Assembly (NCBI RefSeq): GCF_050946405.1
Contig: NZ_JBMNUS010000013.1
Location: forward strand, 71,443-135,442
Length of the DNA stretch: 64,000 bases
Reading direction: 5' to 3'
From: Pseudochelatococcus sp.
Lineage (GTDB): Bacteria > Pseudomonadota > Alphaproteobacteria > Rhizobiales > Beijerinckiaceae
Shown: positions 19,665-29,400 of the stretch, one piece after another
Position numbering within the stretch: position 1 is the stretch's first letter
Layout of the letters: each line of letters begins with the position of its first letter
The notes under the pieces: model-generated
The model's input: the letters and a program-made list of their open reading frames with translations, nothing else
Told to the model about the DNA's origin: nothing
The model's database searches: none
Position numbers and translations under genes: made by a program

Positions 19665-20207
19665 ATGGTTTCCTTGGCATGGCTCCTCCTGACCTACAAG
19701 GTCCCCCCCGATCCCGCCGCGCGGCGGGTCGCGCTCTGGCGCAAGCTGAAGGGCATGGGCGCGGTCTATCTGCAAAACGGCGTCTGCCTGCTGCCGAAGA
19801 CCGACGATCACGCCCGCCGCCTGAAGATGATCGGGAACGACGTCGCCGAAATGGGCGGCGAGGCGGTCATTCTCGAAACCGTGGCGCTGGATCGCGGGCA
19901 GGAGGAAAAGGTCGTCGCGCGATTCAGGGCCGACCGCGACGAGCAATACCGGGAGTTCCTCGGGCGCTGCGCCGATTTCGAGGCGGAAATCGCCAAGGAA
20001 ATCGCCATCGGGAAATTCACCTACGCCGAGCTGGAGGAAGAGGACACCGACCTGAAGAAGCTTCAGGGGTGGCTGGAGAAGATCAGGAAGCTCGACTTCT
20101 ACGGCGCGCTGCTGGCGGAGGAAGCCGCCTCTCGCCTGCGAGCCTGCGAGGCGGTGCTCGAAAGCTATGCGCAGCGCGTCTTCGACGCCCATGACGAGAA
20201 CCGGTAG
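19665..20207 (+). CDS. ChrB-domain (chromate-resistance regulator-like) protein
   Basis: Sequence resembles ChrB N-terminal domain (LLTYKVPPDPAARRVALWRKLKGMGAVYLQNGVCLLP); short single-domain form. Confidence 0.55.
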   Translation: MVSLAWLLLTYKVPPDPAARRVALWRKLKGMGAVYLQNGVCLLPKTDDHARRLKMIGNDVAEMGGEAVILETVALDRGQEEKVVARFRADRDEQYREFLGRCADFEAEIAKEIAIGKFTYAELEEEDTDLKKLQGWLEKIRKLDFYGALLAEEAASRLRACEAVLESYAQRVFDAHDENR

Positions 20208-20208
20208 T

Positions 20209-21429
20209 ATGGGCATTTTCAGGCGCGACGACGAGATGAAGGCATCGGCCGGCCGGCGCGGCATTCCCGCGGGCGTCTGGGCGCTCGGCTTTGTCTCCAT
20301 GCTGATGGATATCTCCTCCGAGATGATCCATGCGTTGCTGCCGGTCTACATGGTGGCGGTGCTCGGCACCTCCATGCTGACCGTCGGCATCATCGAAGGC
20401 ATCGCGGAGGCGACGGCCGCGATCACCAGGATCTTCTCCGGCGCGCTCAGCGACCGGCTCGGCCGGCGCAAGTTCCTCGCCGCGCTGGGCTACGGCCTCG
20501 CGGCCTTCACCAAGCCGATCTTTCCGCTGGCGCCGTCGATCGGCTGGCTCGTCGCCGCCCGTTTCATCGACCGCGTCGGCAAGGGCATTCGCGGGGCGCC
20601 GCGCGATGCGCTGGTCGCGGACATCGCGCCGCCCGAACTGCGCGGCGCGAGCTTCGGCCTGCGCCAGTCGCTCGACACGGTCGGCGCGTTCATCGGCCCG
20701 CTGCTCGCCATCGGCCTGATGTGGCTGACGGCGGATCATTTCCGGACGGTGTTCTGGATCGCGGTGATTCCGGCTTTCCTGTCGCTTGCCGTCATCCTCT
20801 TCGCGGTGAAGGAGCCGGAGCGGCCGCAGGAGCTGCGCCGCGTCCGCATGCCGCTGCGGCGCGAGGAACTGCGCCGCCTTGGCGCGGGCTACTGGCGGGT
20901 GGTCGCCGTCGCCGCCGTCTTCACGCTCGCCCGCTTCAGCGAGGCTTTCCTGATCCTGAAGGCGCAGTCCATCGGGCTGCCGCTGGCTCTCGTGCCGGTC
21001 GTTCTCGTCCTCATGAGCCTGGCCTATTCGTTGTCCGCCTATCCGGCGGGCGTGCTGTCGGACAGGATGGACCGGACGGCGATCCTGATCTGCGGCCTCG
21101 GCCTGCTCATCCTGGCCGATCTGGTGCTTGCCTTCGCCGGCGGGCTTGTCGGCCTGGGGATCGGCGTCGTGCTGTGGGGCCTGCACATGGGGCTGTCGCA
21201 GGGCATCCTGGCCACGCTCGTCGCGGATACGGCGCCGGCGGAACTGCGCGGGACGGCGTTCGGCATGTTCAATCTCGTGACCGGGTTCGCGCTGCTGGCC
21301 GCGAGCGTCATTGCGGGCGGTCTGTGGGATCTCGCCGGGCCGCGCGGCACGTTCCTCACCGGCGCGGCTTTCGCCACGCTGACGGTGGCGGGGCTGGCGA
21401 CATTGCGGCATCGGCGAGGCTCTCGCTGA
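20209..21429 (+). CDS. MFS transporter
   Basis: 12 predicted TM helices, MFS loop motif GALSDRLGRRK; start 1 nt after ChrB-like stop. Confidence 0.8.
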   Translation: MGIFRRDDEMKASAGRRGIPAGVWALGFVSMLMDISSEMIHALLPVYMVAVLGTSMLTVGIIEGIAEATAAITRIFSGALSDRLGRRKFLAALGYGLAAFTKPIFPLAPSIGWLVAARFIDRVGKGIRGAPRDALVADIAPPELRGASFGLRQSLDTVGAFIGPLLAIGLMWLTADHFRTVFWIAVIPAFLSLAVILFAVKEPERPQELRRVRMPLRREELRRLGAGYWRVVAVAAVFTLARFSEAFLILKAQSIGLPLALVPVVLVLMSLAYSLSAYPAGVLSDRMDRTAILICGLGLLILADLVLAFAGGLVGLGIGVVLWGLHMGLSQGILATLVADTAPAELRGTAFGMFNLVTGFALLAASVIAGGLWDLAGPRGTFLTGAAFATLTVAGLATLRHRRGSR

Positions 21430-21632
21430 AGCCGTGCCGGGGCGCAAGAAATGTCGCATTCTGGCGGCGGCCGCCGCCGCCGACCGTGCGGATATCGGAT
21501 GGAATCGACACGGCCATGCCGTTCAGCGCCGGCACGGAGCGCGTTAACGCTCCTGAAATTTCACGCATTTTCACGGATATTCAAGAGGTGCCTCATCAAT
21601 GGGCAGAGACTGCCTAATGGGTAGTCACATCG

Positions 21633-21663
21633 GCAAAAATTGCATGATAACGACAAAAATTGC
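21633..21663. promoter_or_regulatory. Direct repeat (G/A)CAAAAATTGC x2, 20-bp register, 50-80 bp upstream of megasynthetase start; AT-rich promoter region
   Basis: gcaaaaattgc at 21633-21643 and acaaaaattgc at 21653-21663 read in sequence; also TTTCACG x2 at ~21557/21568. Confidence 0.4.
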
Positions 21664-21711
21664 GTCGCGGGGAGAGGCGGGCGCTTGCGTCGTCATCTCC
21701 CATATCGTTAC

Positions 21712-23470
21712 ATGTCGGCGACAATCAGGCAGACTTTCCCCTCCCGATCGGATCAGCCGTTCATGTGCTCGTTCAAAGCGCCGTCGACGCTCAATGACGC
21801 CCTTGTCTCAAATGCGGGCGTGTCGGAGATCGGAGTTGCGGGCATTGGCGATCCGCCGCGCGGCGTGACCTTTTTCGGGGCCGACCGCCAGCTCACGCAT
21901 GTTTCCTACGCGCAGTTGCTCGACCGCTCCCGCCGCTGGCTGTGGCATCTGACGCAGGGCGGCGTCCGCCCCGGCGACGAGGTGCTGATCGTCACCGACG
22001 ACCTGCCGCTGTTCACGACGGTTTTCTGGGCCTGCGTGCTCGGCGGCATCGTCGCCGTGCCGGTCTCGACACCCACGAACGACGAGGGGGCGCTCAAGAT
22101 CGCGCGTATCCGGGGCGTTCTGCGGCGTCCGTGGATCGTCTCGGACGCGCGGGTGCATGCTCGCCTCGCCGCCGTCGCGGACGGGATCGCGCCGGAACGC
22201 ACGGCGTGCGCCGGCGAGCGCTCGATCGCGGTTCCCGGCGTCGTGCTCGATTGTCCGGCGGCGCCGGTGGCATCCGTGGCGGCGTCGGATGTGGCCTTCA
22301 TCCAGTTTTCCTCCGGCTCGACGGGCGCGCCGAAGGGCGTGATCGTCACCCACGCCAACCTGATCGCCAATTGCACGGCCATTCTCAAGGGCATCCTTGC
22401 GAACGCGCCCGGTGAAAACGGAGAAGCCGCGCGCCTGTTGAGCTGGATGCCGCTGACGCATGACTTCGGCCTCATCTGGTTCCACATCCTGCCGACCGTC
22501 TTCGGGCTGGATCACGGCCTCGTCCCGACGAAGCTCTTCGTGCGCAACCCGCTGGTGTGGATGCAGGCGGCCTCCGACATGAAGGCGAGCGTGCTCGGCG
22601 GGCCGAATTTCTCTTACCGGCATTTCCTCAAGCATTTCGATGCCGGCAAGCCGCGCGACTGGGATCTGTCGCCGGTCCGCGTCATCGCCAACGGCGCGGA
22701 GCCCATCTCCTGCGAACTGGCGGAGGAGTTCACCGCGGCGCTCGCGCCTTGCGGACTCGATCGCGGGGCGATGACCGCCGCCTACGGGCTGGCGGAAGGC
22801 ACGCTGGTGGTGAGCATGGCGCAGCCCGGCGCGGGGCTCGGCCGGATTTCCGTCGACCGCAACCGCGTCAATCCCGGCGAGCGCGTCGCGCCGCTGGATG
22901 AAGGCGATGACGCCGCGGTGAGTTTCGCGGATGTCGGGACGCCGCTGGATTGCGTGTCGCTGCGCGTTGTCGACGAGGCGGGGCTGCCCTGCGCCGACGA
23001 TGTGGTCGGCCGCTTGCAGATAACCGGCGCGAGCGTGACCGCCGGTTACTACAACGACGACGAGGCGACGCGCGCCGCCTTCACGGCGGACGGCTGGCTG
23101 GATACGGGCGATCTGGGCTTCATGCGCGCCGGGCGTCTCGTCGTCACGGGCCGCCGCAAGGACGTGATCATCGTCAACGGGGTGAACTACTATCCGCAGG
23201 ACATCGAGCGCGTGGCCGGCGAGGCGGAAGGGCTCGACCTCAACATGGTGGTCGCCGGCGCGATCCCGCGCGGGGTTCTCGGCGAGGATCGGGAAGGCGT
23301 CGTGCTGTTCGTGCTGTTCCGGCGCGAGGTGGAGCGGTTCCTCCCGCTCGCCCGCGAGGTGCGCGACCGCGTGCTGCGCGAGATCGGCATTCCCGTCGAT
23401 CGCGTCATTCCGGTGGCCCGCATCGCCAAGACGACGAGCGGCAAGGTGCAGCGCTTTCAGATGGTGGGGC
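21712..23470 (+). other. domain: fatty acyl-AMP ligase (FAAL/AL) starter
   Basis: AMP-binding core FSSGSTGAPKG, no upstream C domain, followed by ACP - MycA-like loading. Confidence 0.75.
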
Positions 23471-26400
23471 AGTTCGTCGCCGGTGCGTTCGATGAAGCGT
23501 TGCGCGCGCTCGATGCGGCGGATGCGGCCGAGGGCGCCGCGCTGCGCCGGGCGTGGGAGCGGGGCGACGAGGCCGCGCTGGTGGCGGAACTGGCGGCGTG
23601 GGGCGCGCGCATCGTGCCGGGCGGCGCGCTCGATCCGGGCCGGCCGCTCATGGAAAGCGGCTTCACGTCGCTGCGTCTCGTCGAACTGATGCGGCGCATC
23701 GGCCGCGCGCTCTCGCTGGACCTGCCGGTCACGCTCGCCTTCGAACAGCCGACGCTGGCGGCGCTCGCCGGCGCGCTCGTGCGCCTGCGCAGCGCCGATG
23801 CCGCGCCTGCGGAAGCGCCGCGCGCCGCGCCGGCGGCGGAGCGGGCGCGGATCGGCATCACCGGGCTGGCCTGCCGCCTGCCCGGCGGCGTTGAAAGCCC
23901 GGCCGGCTTCTGGCGGCTGCTTGAAGGCGGCGTCGATGCGACGGCGCCGGTCGCGCCCGGCCGCTGGCCGGCTTACGACGCCAGCCTGACCGTGACCGAT
24001 CGCGGCGGCTATCTGGCGGATATCGAAACCTTTCCGGCCCGGTTCTTCAATCTGACGCAGGTGGAGGCCGATGCCGTCGACCCGCAGCAACGGCTGCTGC
24101 TCATGACGGCCTGGGAGGCGCTGGAGCACGCGGGGATCGATCCGCTGTCGCTGAAGGGATCGCGCACCGGCGTGTTCGTGGGCATCAGCCCCGGCGATTA
24201 CGTGCAGGCGCAGGCGCGCGCCGGCCGGCTCGACGCCATCGGCCCGCATGCGTTTCTCGGCAGCGCAACGAGCGTCGCGGCCGGGCGCATCGCCTATGTG
24301 CTGGGGCTGGAGGGGCCGGCGCTGGCCGTCGACACGGCCTGTTCGTCGGCGCTCGCGGCGCTCCATCTCGCGGTGCGGGCGCTGCGGGCCGGCGAGTGCG
24401 ACCGCGCGCTGGTGGCGGGCGTCAATCTCATCCTCGGCCCCGAGATGCATGTGGGCCTCAGCCGCATGAACGCGCTGTCGCCCGCGGGGCGCTGCCGGGC
24501 TTTCGACGCGGCGGCGGACGGCTACGCGCGCGGCGAGGGCTGCGTCACGCTCGTGCTGGAGCGTCTCGATGCCGGAGATGCGCCACGTCCGCTCGCCCTT
24601 GTGCGCGGCACGGGCCTCAACCACGACGGCGCGTCGAACGGGCTCACCGCGCCCAACGGCGCGGCCCAGCGGGCGGTGATCGCCGCCGCGCTCGCGGATG
24701 CGGGCCTTGCGCCGGCCGATGTCGACTATGTGGAGGCGCACGGCACCGGCACGCCGCTCGGCGACCCGATCGAGGCGATGGCGCTGGCGGAAGCCTACGG
24801 CGCGGGGCGCGACGGCGAGCTGCGCGTCGGCTCCGTCAAGACCAACATCGGCCATCTGGAGGCCGCCGCCGGTCTTGCCGGCCTCGCCAAGGCGGTGCTC
24901 GCGCTCCGGCATGGCAGCCTGCCGGCCTCGCTGCATTTCGAGACGCCCAATCCGCTGATTCCGTGGCCGCAACTGCCCCTGCGCGTCGTCGACCGCGCCG
25001 AGCCGTGGCCGGCCGTGGCCGGGCGGGTGCGCCGGGCCGGCGTCAGCGCCTTCGGCATGAGCGGCACCAACGCGCATGTCATCATCGAGGAAGCACCGCC
25101 GGCGCCCGTGCCCGCGCATGACGACGCGCGGGCGACGGTGCTGCCGGTTTCCGCGCGCACGCCGGAGGAATGCGCCGCGCTGGCGGAGCGTTACGCGGCC
25201 GCGCTGGAGCGCGCCGACAGCGGCCGCATGCACGATCTGGCCCGCACGGCAGCGTGCGGCCGGGCGGCGATGGCGCATCGGCTGGCGGTGACGGGACGCG
25301 ATCCGGCGGAACTCGCCGCGAAGTTGCGGGCGAAGGCCGCCGCCGGGGCTGGCAGGCCCGATGCCGGCGCGCCCGTCGTCTTCCTGCTGCCGGGGCAGGG
25401 GGCGCATGCGCCGGAGGCGGTGCGCGCGCTCCATGCGCGCGAGCGCGTGTTCCGTGAGACGCTGGATGCGGCCGATGCGGCGCTTGAGGGCTTTCTGGAC
25501 CGGCGCCTGACCGATCTCCTGCTGTCGCCGGAGGGCGCGCCGCTTCTGGGGCGCACGGCCTACAACCAGCCGGCGACGGTGGCGGTGTCGCTGGCGGTGG
25601 CGGCGATGCTGCGGGCGTTCGGCGTGCGGCCCGATGCGGTCATCGGGCATTCGGCCGGCGAGATCGCGGCGGCGGCGCTCGCGGGCATGCTGGATCTGCC
25701 CACGGCGGTGCGGTTCGCGGCGGCGCGCGGCGCGGCCATGCAGGCGCTCGACGGCGGCGCGATGATCGCGGTGCGCGCGCCGGCGCAGACGATCAACGAC
25801 GTGATTGCGCAGACCCTGGCGCGGGTCGAGGGCGTGGGCGTCGCCGCCTGGAACGCGCCGGCGCGCGTCACGCTGTCGGGGCCGCGCGAGGCGGTGGCGC
25901 GGGCGGCCGCCGTCCTGCGCGAGGCAGGCGCGCGCGTGGCAGAGCTGCGCGTGGCGGAGCTGGACGTGTCGCACGCCTTCCACTCGCCGATGATGGACGG
26001 CGCGCTCGCCCCCATCCGCGAACTTGCCGCCGGCCTCACGGTGAGCGCGGCGACGGGGCGCATGATTTCCACGCTGACGGGCGGGCCGGTCGATGCCGGG
26101 GCGCTGCGCGATCCCGCCTATTGGGCGCGGCAGGCGCGCGAGCCGGTGGCCTTTGCCGCCGCCGTGTCGGCGGTGGGGGGCGATGCGCCCGACCGCGTCG
26201 ATCCGGTTCTGATCGATCTTGGCGCGCGGCCGGTGCTGGCGCCGCTCGCGGCGGAGGTGCTGCCGCAGGCGCGCTGCCTCGCCGTCTGCGACGCGCGCCG
26301 GCCCGACGAGCGGCTCATCGAGACGCTGGGCGAACTGTTCGAAGCCGGCCGGCCCGTGGCATGGCCCGCCGTCTTCGCGGAGCGTCCCGGCCGGCTCGCG

Positions 26401-29400
26401 GAAGCGCCGACCTATCCCTTCATCGGCAAGACGCGCGTGCTGCCGACGGCCGGTGCGGATTCCCGCGCCGGCGAAGCGCAGGCGGCCGGCCGGGCGGAAG
26501 CGCTGCCCGTGCCCGCGGCGACAGCCCCGGTGGCGGGGCGCGAGGCGGTTGCGCACGTCATCCGCAGCGTCCTGCGCGGCGTCGCCGGGCTCCAGCCGGA
26601 GGAGGTGGCGGGCGATGCGACATGGTTCAGCCTCGGCCTCGATTCGCTGCTGATCGTCCAGCTCCAGCAGGCGCTGGCGCGCGAATACGCCATCGACCTG
26701 CCGCTCGCCGCCGTCATGGAGAACGGCGATACGCTCGACCGGCTCGTGACCCTCGTGGTGGAGCGCCTGCCCCGCGTGGCGCAAGCGCCGGTGGAAGCGC
26801 CCGTTATGGAGACGCCCGCTGCGGCGGCGGCTGGCGGCGAAGGCGTCGAGGGGCTTCTCGCCCGGCAGATCGACGCCATGAGCGCGCTGTTCAGCCAGCA
26901 ACTCGCGTTGCTTCAGGGCGGAGTCCGGCCGGCGGTTTCGACGCCCGCCGCTATCCCGGACGTCGCAGTCGCCGGGCCGGCCCCGGCCGCGCCGAAACGC
27001 GAGATCAAGGGCCTGTTCAAGGCGCTGCCGGCGCGCAGGGAGCAGGCGAATCCGGCGCAGGAGGCGCATGTGCGCCGCCTTGCCGCCGCCTTCAACGCCC
27101 GCACGCGCTCCTCGAAGGAGCATACGGCTGCCTATCGTGGCGTCTACGCCAACCCGCGCGCCGTGATCGGCTTCCGCCCCGAGTGGAAGGAGCTGAACTA
27201 CCCCCTGCATGTGGAGCGGGCGGAAGGGCCGTATGTGTGGGATATCGACGGCCATCGTTATGTCGACATCACCATGGGTTTCGGCGTGACGCTGTTTGGC
27301 CACAACCCGCCCTTCGTGCGCGAGGCGCTGGCGGCGGAGCTTGCCGCCGGCTTTCCCGTCGGCCCGCAGAGCGCGCGGGCCGGGCGGGTCGCCGCCATGA
27401 TCAGCGCCATGACCGGCGTGGAGCGGGTGGCGCTGTTCACCACCGGCAGCGAGGCCGTCATGGTCGCGCTGCGGCTGGCGCGCGCGAAAACCGGCCGGCG
27501 CAAGATCGTGACCTTCGTCAATTCCTATCACGGCACGTTCGACGGCGTGCTGGCGGTGGGCTGGACCGAGGGCGCGCGCGTGACGACCATGCCCGTGAGC
27601 GAAGGTACGCCGCAAGGCATGGTCGATGACGTGATCGTGCTGCGCTACGGCGATCCGGCCGCGCTCGACGTCATCCGCCAGCACCTCGCCGAACTGGCGG
27701 CCGTGGTGGTGGAGCCGGTGCAGAGCCGCGACCCGGCGGTGCAGCCGCGCGCCTTCCTGCACGAGTTGCGGGCGCTGACGGCGCAGGCGGGCGTCGCGCT
27801 CGTTTTCGACGAGACGATCACCGGCTTTCGCGTGCATCCCGGCGGGGCGCAACGCCATTTCGGCATCGAGGCCGATATCGTCACCTACGGCAAGGTCGTC
27901 GGCGGCGGCATGCCGATCGGCGTCGTCTCGGGAAGGCGGCATTATCTCGACGGCGTCGACGGCGGCGACTGGCAGTATGGCGACGATTCCGTTCCTTCCG
28001 CCCGCACCGCCTTCGTGGCCGGCACCTTCAACAACCATCCCCTGACGGCGGCGGCGGCGGAGGCGGTGCTGAAGCACCTCGCCGCCGAGGGGCCGCAGTT
28101 GCAGGAGCGGCTGAACGCCCGCACCGCCGCGATGTGCGCCGAGCTAGACGCCCTGTTCGCGGCCGAGGACGTGCCCGTCCGCATGGCGCATTTCAGCTCG
28201 CTGTTCCGTTTCGAGTTCGCCGGCGACACCGAGATCCTCAACTATCACCTGCTCAACAACGGCGTTTTCGTCTGGGAGGGGCGCAACTGCTTCCTCTCCA
28301 CCGCCCACAGCGACGACGACATCCGCTTCATCGTCGAGGCGGTGCGCAAGGGCATCGCGGAGATGCGGGCCGGCGGATGGCTGCCGCCGTCGCCGGGCCG
28401 CGCCGCGCCCGAGGCGCGCCAAGAGCATGGTGCGCGCGAGGAGGCAGGACCGGCGCCGCTCGGCCGGGGGCAGGGCGAGATGCTGGCGCTGCTCGAAGCG
28501 CGGCCGGAGGCGACGCTCGCCTATAACGAGATGGTGGCCTTCGCGCTCGACGGCCCGCTCGACCGGGAGGCGCTGCGCCGCGCCTTCGCCGGGCTCGTGC
28601 GGCGCCACGAGGCGCTGCGTTGCGCGGGCATCGACGAGACCGGCTGGCGCGCGGCGGCTCTTCCGCCCGCCGACCTGCCGGCGGAAGAGCCGGCCGAAGA
28701 AGGAGCGGTGATGGCGCGCCTGGCGCGCGAACTCGAAACGCCGTTCGATCTGCAACGCGGGCCGCTCATGCGCGCGCTGCTGCTGCGCCTTGCGCCGCAG
28801 CGGCATGTGGTGGCTTTCACCGTGCATCACATCGTCGCCGACGGCTGGTCGCTCGGCCTGATGGCGGGCGAACTCGCGGCGCTTTACGCCGCCGAACGGG
28901 CCGGCGTGGCGGCGGCGCTGCCGCCGGCCGAATCGTTCCGCGCCTTCGTCGCCTGGACGCAGGGCTTGGACGGCGGCGCGTCTCCGATGGCGGAAGACAG
29001 CGCGCCCGTCGTCCTGCCGGCCGCCGATTTCCCGCATCGCGCGTCCTTCCGCGGCGGGCGCGTCCACCGCCGCCTGTCGGCGGGCGGGCGGGAAGGCGAA
29101 GGCGTGTTCGATGCCGCGAGGCGTTTCGCGCGCGCGCATGACACAAGCCCGTTCACGGTGCTGCTCGCGGCCTATGCGCTGCTGCTCGGCCGCCTGTCGG
29201 ACCAGCGCCGGCTGACCATCGGCATTCCCGTCGCCGGCCATACGGAGGCCGGCTTGCCGGTGATGGTGGGGCAGGCGTCGGCGGTGCTGCCGCTGACGCT
29301 GGAACTCGATCCGCAAGCGGATTTCGCAGCCCTCGTTGCCCATGTGAAGGCGGCGCTGGCCGATGCCCGGCACGGCGTCGGCGGGCTCTTCACCGCGCAG

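Noticed and set aside
21808-28077. 2089-aa antisense ORF inside the megasynthetase gene (also 28144..30270, 30373..38223 at 2616 aa, 38097..45860 at 2587 aa, 54212..57913 at 1233 aa on the minus strand)
   Set aside because: The translations are Arg/Ala/Gly/Pro-rich low-complexity strings with no recognisable motifs. The plus strand of the same DNA encodes textbook KS/AT/C/A/PCP/E/TE motifs. These are GC-bias artefacts (few stop codons in antisense frames of 70% GC DNA).
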